Below the pieces are notes generated by a model. It was given only the letters and a program-made list of their open reading frames with translations. It was not told the origin of the DNA and made no database searches. A stretch of 32,310 nt of DNA, from assembly GCA_009926195.1 (NCBI GenBank), contig RFPK01000001.1:1-32310 (forward strand), read 5' to 3'. Below are positions 8,577-18,775 of the stretch, piece after piece; position 1 is the stretch's first letter, and the number at the start of each line of letters is the position of its first letter. The position numbers and the translations under genes were made by a program. This DNA is from Synechococcaceae bacterium WB4_1_0192 (GTDB lineage: Bacteria > Cyanobacteriota > Cyanobacteriia > PCC-6307 > Cyanobiaceae).

Positions 8577-9725
8577 TCAGGACGAGGGCTGAAGCACAGC
8601 CTCGGCAAGGGCATCCTGCAGGGCCTCGCCATCCACCTGCAGACCCAGCGCCACCAGTTCCAGGCCGGGACGATCGCGCCGCTGCGTGGAGGGAGCAGCC
8701 GCATCGAACCAACACTCCAGACGGGGCCCGACCGCCTGGATCTGCAGCGGGTGGGCCTTACCGGACAGCCAGGCACGACCCTTGAGCCTGAGCAGCCCCT
8801 GCGCAGAAATCTGCGCCCGCAGCCGCTGCTCAAGTCGGGCACGATCCACTGCTCCCTCCAGCTGAATCACGGCCGAGCGCATCGCCACATGGCTGTGGTC
8901 GTGATGGTGGTGGCCGTCCTCGTCGTGGTCGTGGTCGTGGTCGTCGTGCTGAACGGGAGCGTGAGCAGCGTGGTGATCGGGATGATGGTGAGGAGCGGGG
9001 TCAGACCTGGACTCAACCGGGGCCTCCGGCCGCTCCAGGCCCAGCAGCACTGCAGCCGGCACCGCGCCACGCACCATCGGCAGCACGCTGACGCCCGGCC
9101 GGACCTGCTCCTGCAGCTGGGCCGTCAGTGCGGCGATCTGATCGGCACTGAGGCAATCGGCACGGCTGAGCAACACCAGATCAGCCGCCACCAGCTGATC
9201 GCGAAACAGATCATCGATGTCGCTCAGGTGATCGAGGCTGGGATCGGCCTGGCGCTGCGCTTCAAGGGCGCTGGGATCGCCGACGACGCTGCCGGCAGCG
9301 AGAGCTTCACCATCGACCACCGTCACCACACCGCTGACACGGGTCTGCGTACGGATCTCCGGCCAGCCGAAGGCCTGCACGAGGGGCAGGGGCAGGGCCA
9401 GGCCACTGGTCTCGACGACGATGCCGTCGAGCTGATCAGCCCGCTGGAGGAGGGTCTGCATCGTGGGCAGGAATTCATCCTGCACCGTGCAACAGAGACA
9501 ACCGTTCGCCAGTTCAACGACCCGATCGTCGAGCTCCTCTTCAGGGCAGAAGCCGCAGCTGCGGATCAGATCGCCATCGATGCCGACCTCACCGAACTCA
9601 TTCACGAGCACCGCCAGGCGGAGGCCGCTCTGGAGCAGCAGGCGCCGCAGCAGGGTCGACTTGCCAGCGCCAAGGAAGCCGGTCACCACGGTGACCGGCA
9701 GGCGCCGCAGAGCTGTGGACACCAT
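8577..9725 (-). CDS. cobW: CobW (COG0523/G3E) metallochaperone GTPase
   Basis: TGFLGAGKS Walker A, VNEFGE, GCLCC, VETSGLA, His-rich insert, RLKG C-terminal domain; downstream of a B12 riboswitch. Confidence 0.92.
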   Translation of the reverse strand: MVSTALRRLPVTVVTGFLGAGKSTLLRRLLLQSGLRLAVLVNEFGEVGIDGDLIRSCGFCPEEELDDRVVELANGCLCCTVQDEFLPTMQTLLQRADQLDGIVVETSGLALPLPLVQAFGWPEIRTQTRVSGVVTVVDGEALAAGSVVGDPSALEAQRQADPSLDHLSDIDDLFRDQLVAADLVLLSRADCLSADQIAALTAQLQEQVRPGVSVLPMVRGAVPAAVLLGLERPEAPVESRSDPAPHHHPDHHAAHAPVQHDDHDHDHDEDGHHHHDHSHVAMRSAVIQLEGAVDRARLEQRLRAQISAQGLLRLKGRAWLSGKAHPLQIQAVGPRLECWFDAAAPSTQRRDRPGLELVALGLQVDGEALQDALAEAVLQPSS

Positions 9726-9726
9726 C

Positions 9727-10371
9727 TCAGGGCACCAGGCTGGTCCAGGCGAAGGCGCCGCCGATCCCGATCAGCAGGCCAGCGCAGAGGCGGAGGCGGG
9801 CGGGGGTGCAGCGCTCAGCCCAGCGGCGCACCAGCCAAAGCGACACCAGCAGCAGGGCGCCCTGGCTGACCAGCAGACCTAGGAGGTAGAAGGCCACGGG
9901 GGTCGCTTCCCAACCGAGCACCGAGGCGCTCAGCACATAGCCGTGCAGGGCGAAAGCCGGCAGCAACAGCCAGCGCGGCAGGCGTTCGACCAGCACCAGG
10001 CCCACCACCACCAGGGACAGGGCGACAAGGGCCTCAGCAGCGGGAAGGCCGGGAAGGGCCAGGCCCAGGCCACTGGCGGTCAGACCCGTGGCCAGCAGAG
10101 CCAGCAGCCAGCGACCGGACTGACGCAGACCGACGAGGCCCAGAGCCAGCAGAAACACCAGGTGGTCCGGGCCGAGCAGGGGGTGGCCGATGCCACTGAG
10201 CAGACCGGCCAGTGGGGTGGGAGCGCTCTGGTGAAACAGCGCCATCAGGTGATGGGCTGATGCAGGGGCGGCAAGCAGCGCCAGAGCCAGAGGGAGGAGC
10301 AGGGGCAGAAAGCCGGACCTGGCTGCAGCGCTCGGGCGAGCAGCCAGGGGAGCCGAGAGGAGTTGAAGCAT
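9727..10371 (-). CDS. hupE: HupE/UreJ family cobalt/nickel transporter
   Basis: Signal peptide ending ASA-HH, GIGHPLLGPDHL, FALHG; hydrophobic. ATG at 10371 lies just after the riboswitch. Confidence 0.9.
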   Translation of the reverse strand: MLQLLSAPLAARPSAAARSGFLPLLLPLALALLAAPASAHHLMALFHQSAPTPLAGLLSGIGHPLLGPDHLVFLLALGLVGLRQSGRWLLALLATGLTASGLGLALPGLPAAEALVALSLVVVGLVLVERLPRWLLLPAFALHGYVLSASVLGWEATPVAFYLLGLLVSQGALLLVSLWLVRRWAERCTPARLRLCAGLLIGIGGAFAWTSLVP

Positions 10372-10408
10372 CCGGAAGCTGGTCCGCGCCAGGGATGAGA
10401 GGTACAGG

Positions 10409-10533
10409 CCGGCGGGCGTTCTGACTGGGAACGGCACCGGGGCGGTGGCGCTCCTTCACAGCTGCGGGACAGTGCCGGACTTGCACCGGACTTTCCCCCT
10501 TGCGTCCCCGGGCTGATCACCCGAGGAACCGGA
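10409..10533 (-). ncRNA. Cobalamin (B12) riboswitch
   Basis: Minus strand reads CCGGTTCC...AAGGGGGAAAGTCCGGTGCAAGTCCGGCACTGTCCCGCAGCTGTGA...AGTCAGAACGCCCGCCGG, matching B12-box consensus elements. It sits upstream of hupE-cobW, with a TAGATT -10-like box at 10539-10544. Confidence 0.93.
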
Positions 10534-10553
10534 AGTGCAATCTAGGCACAGGG

Positions 10554-11099
10554 TCAGCGGCAGGCCAGGCTCTCGCGGGTCTCGACGCCGGTACGGGGGT
10601 TGGTGCCGCTGGCGCGTGCGCACAGGGCCTTCTGCTGCGGGAGGTCCAGCACGGCGTCGGTGAAATCGGCGCCCTCGATCTGAGCGTCAGCGAATTTGCT
10701 GTTCATGAGCATCGCGTTGCGCAGCACCGCACCGGTGAGATCGGCACCGTCAAAGCGGGTGGCGAAGGCCACCGCATCCTCGAGATCGGCACCGCTGAGG
10801 TCAGCCTTCTGGAGATTGGCCGTGTTGAACACGGCACCGCGCAGGTCGGTGTCACGGAGGTTGAATCCGGCCATCTCGGCCTTGAGGAACTCCTGCTGCT
10901 GCAGGTTGCGGCCGTGCATGTCCGGCTGCAGGTCCTTGAGGCTGCGCTGGCCGCGCAATTCCGGTGCGGTGATCGCCTGGGCGGGGGCAACGGCCAGCAG
11001 CAGACCGAAGCCCTGCACCAGCAACGGCAGCACAAGGGCTGCGGCGAAGCCGGCGCGGAACACGGGCCGCAGCAGCCTCGCCAGGATCCGCCGGGGCAT
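10554..11099 (-). CDS. Pentapeptide repeat protein with signal peptide
   Basis: A(D/N)LxG-type repeats (TDLRG AVFNT ANLQK ADLSG ADLED), AQA cleavage site, and a C-terminal LC...GTNP.TG..TRESL.C motif. Confidence 0.9.
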   Translation of the reverse strand: MPRRILARLLRPVFRAGFAAALVLPLLVQGFGLLLAVAPAQAITAPELRGQRSLKDLQPDMHGRNLQQQEFLKAEMAGFNLRDTDLRGAVFNTANLQKADLSGADLEDAVAFATRFDGADLTGAVLRNAMLMNSKFADAQIEGADFTDAVLDLPQQKALCARASGTNPRTGVETRESLACR

Positions 11100-11239
11100 G
11101 AACCCCGCCGCAACTGGATCAGCACCGTCCCGGCTGCGCTCCTCTGCCGACCGGCCCTGGTTCAGCCGCCTTCCGTTCTGCACCGCACCACTAGCTTGGG
11201 GCGCTCAAGTTATGGCAGCAAGCCGCCCCGGCGCGACCC

Positions 11240-11917
11240 ATGAGCAAAGCCCTGCGCGTGGTGGTTCCCCCTCACCCCCTGATCGGCCACTGGCTGACCC
11301 TGCTGCGCGATCAGCAGACGCCGCCCGCCCTGTTCGCCTCCGCGATGGCGGAACTGGGTCGCTGGCTCACCTATGAGGCAATCCGCGACTGGATTCCCTA
11401 CCAGCGGGTGATGGTGAACACACCTCTGGCCAGCACCGAAGGCACGGTTGTGGATGGCACGGTGCCGCTGCTGGCGGTGCCGCTGCTGCGGGCCGGCCTT
11501 GGCCTGTGGGAGGGGGCGCGCCCGGTGCTTCCCAACGCCGCCGTGGCGCACATGGGCTTCATGGCCGCTGGAGACAGCAGCGAGCCGGCCTGTTATCTCG
11601 ATGCGCTGCCCCAGACGATCCCGGCCAACGCCGGGGTGCTGGTGTTCGCGCCGCTGGTGGCCAGCGGCGCGACATTGCTGCAGGTGCTGGAACGGCTGGA
11701 GGCCCGCGGCGTGGCTGGCGTGCGCGTGCGGGTGATCACCACCCTGGCCGCCAGCCCCGGGCTGAAGCGTCTGGGTGAGCGGTACGGCGATCTGACGATC
11801 TACACCGCCTGCATCGACGCCGAGCTCGACCAGGACAACCGGATCCTGCCGGGTCTTGGCGATGCCGGCGAGCGCCTCTATGGGCTTGAGCTGAGCGGCG
11901 CGATGGCGGCGAACTGA
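11240..11917 (+). CDS. upp: Uracil phosphoribosyltransferase (divergent PRPP-binding loop)
   Basis: HPLIGHWLTLLRD, ELGRWLTYEA, VPLLRAGL, ILPGLGDAGERLYG. Confidence 0.9.
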   Translation: MSKALRVVVPPHPLIGHWLTLLRDQQTPPALFASAMAELGRWLTYEAIRDWIPYQRVMVNTPLASTEGTVVDGTVPLLAVPLLRAGLGLWEGARPVLPNAAVAHMGFMAAGDSSEPACYLDALPQTIPANAGVLVFAPLVASGATLLQVLERLEARGVAGVRVRVITTLAASPGLKRLGERYGDLTIYTACIDAELDQDNRILPGLGDAGERLYGLELSGAMAAN

Positions 11918-11962
11918 GGAGATCCGTAGGCTGAAGCTCAGTTCAACGGCAACGCAGCGGCC

Positions 11963-12259
11963 ATGGCCAACCGAGACGGCGGATCAGGCTCCCTCGGCAC
12001 CCTGCTGGCCGGAGCCGTTCTCGGCGCGGCGGGCCTGGCCTGGTGGATGCTCTCGGAAAGCGAGCGCCGCCGCCAGCGCAAGCTCGAACTGACGCGCTAT
12101 TCCAGCGGAGATGCGGATGCCGGCGAAGCCCTGGAGGCCGGCGACGACGGGCACCCCAGACGCGAGCAGGACCTCCAGGACAAGGTCCACCAGCTCAACC
12201 AGGCGATCGAGGACGTGCGCCGCCAGCTGGAGGGCCTCAGCACCCAGGGGCAGAACTGA
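11963..12259 (+). CDS. Hypothetical protein: N-terminal TM helix plus C-terminal coiled coil
   Basis: GTLLAGAVLGAAGLAWW followed by LQDKVHQLNQAIEDVRRQL; located between upp and ilvD. Confidence 0.75.
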   Translation: MANRDGGSGSLGTLLAGAVLGAAGLAWWMLSESERRRQRKLELTRYSSGDADAGEALEAGDDGHPRREQDLQDKVHQLNQAIEDVRRQLEGLSTQGQN

Positions 12260-12320
12260 TCGGCCTGACCGAACCGGCCTTGCCGGTCGGTAGGTTGCCT
12301 GTCAGCCACCCGCCCGCGTC

Positions 12321-13997
12321 ATGCTTCGCTCCGCCGCGATCACCCAGGGGATCCAGCGCTCCCCCAACCGCGCCATGCTGCGCGCCGTGGGCTTCGGCGA
12401 TGGCGATTTCAACAAGCCGATCATCGGCATCGCCAATGGCTACAGCACGATCACGCCGTGCAACGTCGGTCTGAACGATCTGGCCCGGCGCGCTGAAGAG
12501 GCCGCCCGCGCTGCCGGCGCGATGCCGCAGATGTTCGGCACGATCACCGTGAGCGACGGGATCTCGATGGGCACCGAGGGGATGAAGTACTCCCTGGTGA
12601 GCCGCGAGGTGATCGCCGACGCCATCGAGACCGCCTGCAATGGTGAATCGATGGACGGCGTGCTGGCCGTCGGCGGCTGCGACAAGAACATGCCCGGCGC
12701 CATGCTGGCGATGGCCCGCATGAACATTCCCGCCATCTTTGTGTATGGCGGCACGATCAAACCCGGAAAGCTCGGCGGGTGCGACCTCACCGTGGTCAGC
12801 GCCTTCGAGGCCGTGGGTCAGTACACCGCCGGCTCGATTGATGAGGAACGGCTGACGGCCGTCGAGAAGAACGCCTGCCCCGGCGCCGGCAGCTGCGGCG
12901 GCATGTTCACCGCCAACACGATGAGTTCAGCCATCGAGGCCATGGGCCTGAGCCTGCCCGGCAGCTCCACCATGGCTGCGGAGGACGCGGAGAAGGCGGA
13001 TTCGGCCGCGCGCAGCGCCGAGGTGTTGGTGCAGGCGATCGCGGCCGACATCCGTCCGCTCGATCTGCTCACCCGCGAGGCGTTTGAGAACGCGATCAGC
13101 GTGATCATGGCGGTGGGCGGCTCCACCAATGCCGTGCTGCACCTGCTGGCGATCGCCCGCACGGCCGGTGTGCCGCTGAGCATCGACGACTTCGAAACGA
13201 TCCGGCAACGCGTGCCGGTGATCTGCGATCTCAAGCCGAGCGGCCGCTACGTGACCACCGACCTGCACGCGGCCGGTGGCATTCCCCAGGTGATGAAGCT
13301 GCTGCTCGATGCGGGTCTGCTGCATGGCGACTGCCGCACGATCGAGGGCAGGACGCTGCGCGAGGTGCTGGCCGATGTGCCCGCTGAACCGGCTGCCGAT
13401 CAGGACGTGATCCGTCCGCTCAGCAATCCGCTCTACGCCAAGGGGCACCTGGCGGTTCTCAAGGGCAACCTGGCCGAGGAGGGCAGCGTGGCCAAGATCT
13501 CCGGTGTGAAGACACCGGTGCTCACAGGCCCGGCACGGGTGTTCGAGTGCGAGGAGGAATGCCTGGCAGCCATCCTGGCCGGCCGGATCGTGGCCGGTGA
13601 TGTGGTGGTGGTGCGCAATGAAGGTCCCGTCGGCGGTCCCGGCATGCGCGAGATGCTCAGCCCGACTGCCGCGATCATCGGCCAGGGCCTCGGCGACAAG
13701 GTGGCCCTGATCACCGATGGCCGCTTCTCCGGCGGCACCTACGGTCTGGTGGTGGGTCACGTGGCACCGGAAGCGGCGGTGGGCGGCACGATCGGCCTGG
13801 TCCATGAAGGCGACAGCATCACGGTGGACGCGCACCAGCTGCTGATTCAGCTGAACGTGGATGAGAGCGAACTGGCCAGGCGCCGTGCTGCCTGGGTCAA
13901 ACCAGAGCCCCGCTATCGCACCGGTGTGCTGGGCAAGTACGCGCGTCTGGTGAGCAGCAGCAGCAAGGGCGCTGTCACCGATCAGCCGGATCTCTGA
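12321..13997 (+). CDS. ilvD: Dihydroxy-acid dehydratase
   Basis: [57 protein letters not shown]. Confidence 0.98.
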   Translation: MLRSAAITQGIQRSPNRAMLRAVGFGDGDFNKPIIGIANGYSTITPCNVGLNDLARRAEEAARAAGAMPQMFGTITVSDGISMGTEGMKYSLVSREVIADAIETACNGESMDGVLAVGGCDKNMPGAMLAMARMNIPAIFVYGGTIKPGKLGGCDLTVVSAFEAVGQYTAGSIDEERLTAVEKNACPGAGSCGGMFTANTMSSAIEAMGLSLPGSSTMAAEDAEKADSAARSAEVLVQAIAADIRPLDLLTREAFENAISVIMAVGGSTNAVLHLLAIARTAGVPLSIDDFETIRQRVPVICDLKPSGRYVTTDLHAAGGIPQVMKLLLDAGLLHGDCRTIEGRTLREVLADVPAEPAADQDVIRPLSNPLYAKGHLAVLKGNLAEEGSVAKISGVKTPVLTGPARVFECEEECLAAILAGRIVAGDVVVVRNEGPVGGPGMREMLSPTAAIIGQGLGDKVALITDGRFSGGTYGLVVGHVAPEAAVGGTIGLVHEGDSITVDAHQLLIQLNVDESELARRRAAWVKPEPRYRTGVLGKYARLVSSSSKGAVTDQPDL

Positions 13998-14028
13998 GCC
14001 GTCAGGCAGGTTGAGGCCGGCGGCGCTG

Positions 14029-14457
14029 TCATGGGCTGGCCAGCAACGCCCTCACCCGCCGGCAGAAGGCCTCCAGAGGGATGCCATCAGCGGGACGCTC
14101 ACAGCGTTCCCCGCTCGCCGACTGCATCCACACGGGGTGATTGCCATGCCAGAGCATCGGCGCCTCTGAATCGGCGATCAGGCTGAGCGTCAGGTTCAGC
14201 GCGTCGCCACTGCGGTAGATCTCCAGCTCCAGATCCCGCTCGGGATGGCGCTGGCCATCGGCATCCCGAGCCTCGATCATCAGGCAGCACTCGCTGATCG
14301 CAGACCTGGGATCCGGGGCCGGTCCATTGAATCGCAGCCCATGACGCCAGGGACGCAGGCAATGGTCAGCCGCCCGGGCGAGATCGCCAAGAAACGACGA
14401 CCAGACGTCGCCGGCATCGGCGCCATCAGCATCGTCAAGAAAGGCGGAGTCGTTCAA
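14029..14457 (-). CDS. Conserved hypothetical protein
   Basis: TTG start overlaps the CIA30 stop (TTGA). Protein-like sequence DHCLRPWRH...DLELEIYRSG...MLWHG; fills the gap to ilvD. Confidence 0.7.
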   Translation of the reverse strand: MNDSAFLDDADGADAGDVWSSFLGDLARAADHCLRPWRHGLRFNGPAPDPRSAISECCLMIEARDADGQRHPERDLELEIYRSGDALNLTLSLIADSEAPMLWHGNHPVWMQSASGERCERPADGIPLEAFCRRVRALLASP

Positions 14458-15029
14458 GGCACGGCCTCGATCGAGCGCACCAGCAGGCTCAGCTCGCCGG
14501 GGCGGAAGCCGGGGTTACGACCACCGATGTCGCCGAACTTGGAGTGGAGGATCTGCAGCCGCGTCACAGCGGCGGCGTCAAAACGCAGGGGCAAGCCCAC
14601 CGGCGTCGCCCGCACGCTGGCGGTCAGACGATTGAAGGGGATCGTCACCACCGAGGTGCCGCCGCTCTGGGTCGAGAACTCCGCCACCCAGCGCAGACCT
14701 CCGGGAATCAACTCCGTCAGTCCTGCAACGCCATCGCGGCAGGCGATCGCCAGCTTGTAGCGACGACCATCACCATCAAGAACAAGACGCAGGGCGCCAT
14801 AGGCGGAAAGATCGAGGGGTGGCGCATACAGAGGGGAGCGGCAACTCACGAAGCCGCCACCTTCCGGTTCCACATAAGCCTCCAGTGCCAGGCCATCGCT
14901 GGTGGAACGACAATCGCCCTGGCTACGGCCACCCATGATCGTGTCATTGAGGGGCTGCCAACCGGCGAAGCCATCCGCCGACACGATCAGCAGCGGAGCT
15001 GGAGGCATGGCTGGAGGGAGCGGAACCAT
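14454..15029 (-). CDS. CIA30 (complex I intermediate-associated protein 30) family protein
   Basis: WQPLNDTIMGGRS, GGGFVSCRS, GDGRRYK, QILHSKF, NPGFRPG. Confidence 0.88.
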   Translation of the reverse strand: MVPLPPAMPPAPLLIVSADGFAGWQPLNDTIMGGRSQGDCRSTSDGLALEAYVEPEGGGFVSCRSPLYAPPLDLSAYGALRLVLDGDGRRYKLAIACRDGVAGLTELIPGGLRWVAEFSTQSGGTSVVTIPFNRLTASVRATPVGLPLRFDAAAVTRLQILHSKFGDIGGRNPGFRPGELSLLVRSIEAVP

Positions 15030-15058
15030 CGGCCGCGAGCGCAGGCGAAGAACGGACC

Positions 15059-15790
15059 TCAGCCTGGCGCAGCCAGGCCCTCGGCCGCGGCGGCATCGGC
15101 CAGCAACAGCACAGGGCGGTGCGGGCGCACCAGCCGGGCCGGTGTGCGCTCAACGGGCTCGCCCGGATCGAGCAGACGCTGCAGGGCCTGGCGTTTCGCC
15201 GACCCGCTGACCAGCATGATCACCTGCCGGGCAGCACTGAGCACGGGAGCCGTGAGCGTGATCCGCTCCAGCCCCTTACCCGCACCCACCGTGACCGCTC
15301 GATCGCGGATCGTGGTGGCGGCACTGCCGGGAAACAGCGAGGCGGTGTGGCCATCCTCACCAAGACCGAGCAACATCAGATCGAACACCGGCGGATCCCC
15401 CGGGCAGAGCTGACGCACATGGCGCTCAAACGCCTCGGCTGAGGCCTCGGGAGTGGCGAGTTCGGTCGGGACAGGATGAAAGCGGGCGCCTGATCCGGGA
15501 CCGTCGGGGGCCAGGAGGGTCTTGGCGAGCATGCCGGCGTTGCTGGCAGGATCACTGGCCGGCACCCAGCGCTCATCACCCAGCACCACATCGACCCTGT
15601 TCCACGGCAGGTGTTCACGGTTGAGGAGGCGATAGGCGGCTGCCGGGGTGCCTCCACCGGAAAGGGCGATCTGAGCGCGATCCCGTTCATCGAGGGCCAG
15701 ATCAATCAACGAGGCGATGCGCTCCGCGCAGCGGCGGGCGAGCAGCTCGGCATCGGCGAGGACATCGAGCTGGTAGGTGGGAGACGTCAT
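15059..15790 (-). CDS. pgl: 6-phosphogluconolactonase
   Basis: ALSGGGTP, GDERWV, SNAGM, LLGLGEDGHTASLFPG, RITLT; ATG 15790 follows gnd. Confidence 0.95.
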   Translation of the reverse strand: MTSPTYQLDVLADAELLARRCAERIASLIDLALDERDRAQIALSGGGTPAAAYRLLNREHLPWNRVDVVLGDERWVPASDPASNAGMLAKTLLAPDGPGSGARFHPVPTELATPEASAEAFERHVRQLCPGDPPVFDLMLLGLGEDGHTASLFPGSAATTIRDRAVTVGAGKGLERITLTAPVLSAARQVIMLVSGSAKRQALQRLLDPGEPVERTPARLVRPHRPVLLLADAAAAEGLAAPG

Positions 15791-15803
15791 CGATGGTCTC
15801 CAC

Positions 15804-17231
15804 TCACATCCACTCGGTGTGGAAGCTGCCGGGCTGATCCAGGCGTTCATAGGTATGGGCCCCGAAGCAGTCGCGCATGGCCTGCACCAGGTTCTGAGGC
15901 AAGCGCGGACTGCGATAGCTGTCGATGTAGTCGAGTGAGCTGCTCAGGCAGGGAACCGGGATGCCGGACTGAGCGGCAGCAGCCACCACCCGCCGCAGAC
16001 CAGGCAGTCGGCGGTTGACCTGCTCGGCGAACCAGGGATCAACCAACAGATTGGCGAGGGAAGGATTGGCGATGTAAGCGTTCTGGATGCGTTGCAGCAG
16101 GCGAGCGCGGATGATGCAACCACCCTTCCAGATCTGGCCGATCGCCGCCATGTCGAGGTTGTAGCCGTGCAGCGACGACGCCTCCTGCAACAGCGCCATG
16201 CCCTGGGCGTAGCTCGCCATGCAGGCCAGCACGCAGGCATCCATCAGCGGGGCCATGGCATCGGCAGGGCTGCCAAGATCGAGGGACACCGGCCCCGGTG
16301 CATTCAGGAGGGGCTCTGCGGCGATGCGCTGGGATCGCATCGAACTGAGGACACGGGCGTTGAGGGCTGCATAGATCGTGGGCACGGGAATGCCCATCTC
16401 CAGGGCGCTCTGGACGGTCCAGAGGCCGGTGCCCTTCTGGCCGGCGGCATCAACGATCTGTTCGACCAGATCGCCGCCGGTGGCCGGATCCTTCGTGCGC
16501 AGACAGATCTCGGTGATCTCCACCAGGAACGACGACAGCTCCTCAGTGGCATTCCACTGGCCGAGAACAGCGGCCATGGCGTCGCCGTTGAGGCCGGCGC
16601 CGCGTTTCATCAGGTCGTAGGCCTCGGCAAGGATCTGCTCAATGCCGTACTCGATACCGTTGTGGACGGTCTTGACGAAGTGGCCTGCCCCCCCGGGGCC
16701 GATGTAGGTGACACAGGGACCATCGTCGACCTGGGCGGCCATCTTGCGCACCAGGCTCTCGATCGCGTCGTAGGCGGCACGGGTGCCACCGGGCATCATG
16801 CTGGGCCCTTCCAGGGCGCCTTTGGCGCCACCGGAAACCCCCATACCGATGTAGCCAAAGCTCTTGCTCTCGAGCTCGGCGACCCGGCGTTCGGTATCCG
16901 TATAGAGGGAATTGCCGCCGTCGATCAGCAGATCACCCTCCTCGAGCAGCGGTGCGATCTGCTCGATCATGGCGTCGATTGGATCGCCGGCCTTGATCAT
17001 CATCAGGATCCGACGGGGTCGCTCGAGCTTGGCGACGAAGTCGGCGAGGCTCGTGGCGCCGATGATGCGCTTGCCGGCACCGCGACCAGCCAGAAACTCC
17101 TCGGTCCTGGCGTAGGTGCGGTTGTAGACGACGCTGGAAAAACCGTTGCGCTCAGCGTTGAGGACAAGGTTCTCGCCCATCACGCCGAGGCCGATCAGGC
17201 CGAAGTGAGCCTTCTGCGTGGCTGCAGTCAT
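15804..17231 (-). CDS. gndA: 6-phosphogluconate dehydrogenase (NADP+, decarboxylating)
   Basis: GLIGLGVMG, YNRT, DGGNS, GMGVSGG, KTVHNGIEY, QKGTG, GGCIIRA, QAMRDCFGAHTYER. Confidence 0.98.
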   Translation of the reverse strand: MTAATQKAHFGLIGLGVMGENLVLNAERNGFSSVVYNRTYARTEEFLAGRGAGKRIIGATSLADFVAKLERPRRILMMIKAGDPIDAMIEQIAPLLEEGDLLIDGGNSLYTDTERRVAELESKSFGYIGMGVSGGAKGALEGPSMMPGGTRAAYDAIESLVRKMAAQVDDGPCVTYIGPGGAGHFVKTVHNGIEYGIEQILAEAYDLMKRGAGLNGDAMAAVLGQWNATEELSSFLVEITEICLRTKDPATGGDLVEQIVDAAGQKGTGLWTVQSALEMGIPVPTIYAALNARVLSSMRSQRIAAEPLLNAPGPVSLDLGSPADAMAPLMDACVLACMASYAQGMALLQEASSLHGYNLDMAAIGQIWKGGCIIRARLLQRIQNAYIANPSLANLLVDPWFAEQVNRRLPGLRRVVAAAAQSGIPVPCLSSSLDYIDSYRSPRLPQNLVQAMRDCFGAHTYERLDQPGSFHTEWM

Positions 17232-17340
17232 GCCACCAATGCCATGCGGTCGGACTCAGTGTGGCCACGGTCGGAGGGCCCTGCAGCCCGGCGTGCGGAT
17301 CTGTGAACCGATTGAAGGATCGCCCCCACGGCCAGTGCAT

Positions 17341-17368
17341 CCGGGCAGTCCCTCCAGGGACTGCCCGG
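17341..17368. other. Perfect 12-bp inverted repeat 3' of glgC, without a U-tract
   Basis: CCGGGCAGTCCC-TCCA-GGGACTGCCCGG. Confidence 0.75.
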
Positions 17369-17383
17369 TGCGCCCAGCGGGGA

Positions 17384-18679
17384 TCAGATCACCGTGCCAT
17401 CAGCGATGGTGGCGTTCTTGACGACGACGACGATGCCGTTGCGGATGTAGAAACCGAGCTCTGGGCGATCGGCCTCCTCGACGCGGTCCTTGTTGACGAT
17501 GGTGACGTCACGACCGATGCGGACATTCTTGTCGAGGATGGCTCGCTTGACGGTTGTGCCGCGACCCACACCCACGGGTGTACCTCCCCGCTCACGCAGG
17601 ACGGCCCGCTCCTCGCTGGACTCGAAGAAGTCGTTGCCCATCACGAGAGTGTCCTGCAGCACCACCTCGTCCTCAACACGAGAACGGACACCGAGCACGC
17701 AGTGGTGAATGCTGCAGGCCTTGAGCATCGAGCCCTCACCGATGATCGATTGCGTCACCTGAGCATCCAGCAGCTTGCTGGGGGGCAGATAACGGGGACG
17801 GGTGTAGATCGGGAATTTCTCATCGTAAAATGAGAAGGCTGGATTGGGCTGATCCGTGAGGGCCATGTTGGCCTCATAGAACGCGCCGATGGTACCGATA
17901 TCCTCCCAGTAATCATCAAAGAGATAACTCTGAAGATTATCGCCACGGCGCAGGGATTCGGGAATGATCTCCTTGCCGAAATCGGTGGCTGTGGGGTTCT
18001 TGGCCAGGAGGTCGAACAGAGTGTCGCGACTGAAGACGTAGATCCCCATCGAAGCCAGGTAGGGACGCTTCAGAGCCTCGTCGGCCGAGAGGCCCATGCG
18101 GGAGGTATCCACCCACATCGCCTTGAGCTCCTCACCTTTGGGCTTCTCCCGGAACTCGCGAATGCGGCCATGCTCGTTGGTATGCATCAAGCCGAAGCCC
18201 TCGGCCTGCGCTGCGTCGACCGGCAGGGCGCCGATGCTGACGTCCGCGCCGCTCTGAATGTGGTGGTCCACAAACAGGCTGTAGTCCATCCGGTAAAGCT
18301 GGTCGCCGGAAAGGATGAGGTAGTGGTCGACATCCCACTCCTGGAACAGCCACTGATACTTGCGCACTGCATCAGCAGTGCCCTCGAACCAACTGGGGCT
18401 CTCCGGGGTCTGCTGAGCTGCGAGCACCTCGACGAAACCCTGACCGAAGCCGCTTGAGAGGTTGTAGCTCTGGGTGAGGTGGCGGTTCAGGGATGCACTG
18501 TTGAACTGCGTCAACACGTACATCTTATTGATACCGGAATTGATGCAATTGCTGATCGGAATATCGATCAGACGATACTTACCCGCCAGCGGTACAGCCG
18601 GCTTGGCTCGCATCTTGGTGAGGGGGTAGAGACGGGTACCCGCACCCCCGCCGAGAATGATTGCCAGAACGCGCTTCAA
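17384..18679 (-). CDS. glgC: Glucose-1-phosphate adenylyltransferase (431 aa)
   Basis: [49 protein letters not shown] start at 18679 has GGAGAG upstream. Confidence 0.97.
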   Translation of the reverse strand: MKRVLAIILGGGAGTRLYPLTKMRAKPAVPLAGKYRLIDIPISNCINSGINKMYVLTQFNSASLNRHLTQSYNLSSGFGQGFVEVLAAQQTPESPSWFEGTADAVRKYQWLFQEWDVDHYLILSGDQLYRMDYSLFVDHHIQSGADVSIGALPVDAAQAEGFGLMHTNEHGRIREFREKPKGEELKAMWVDTSRMGLSADEALKRPYLASMGIYVFSRDTLFDLLAKNPTATDFGKEIIPESLRRGDNLQSYLFDDYWEDIGTIGAFYEANMALTDQPNPAFSFYDEKFPIYTRPRYLPPSKLLDAQVTQSIIGEGSMLKACSIHHCVLGVRSRVEDEVVLQDTLVMGNDFFESSEERAVLRERGGTPVGVGRGTTVKRAILDKNVRIGRDVTIVNKDRVEEADRPELGFYIRNGIVVVVKNATIADGTVI

Positions 18680-18775
18680 GCCACTCTCCCTGATGCGGGG
18701 CAACGCTAAGCGATCAGGAGCCAGGAAAGCCAGTGTTGGCGCCGAACTCGTGGAAAAGTGCTGGGTCCCGTGGGA

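Noticed and set aside
8890-8990. Short GTGGTC/GTG tandem repeats
   Set aside because: They encode the His/Asp-rich CobW insert; not a CRISPR array or independent VNTR.
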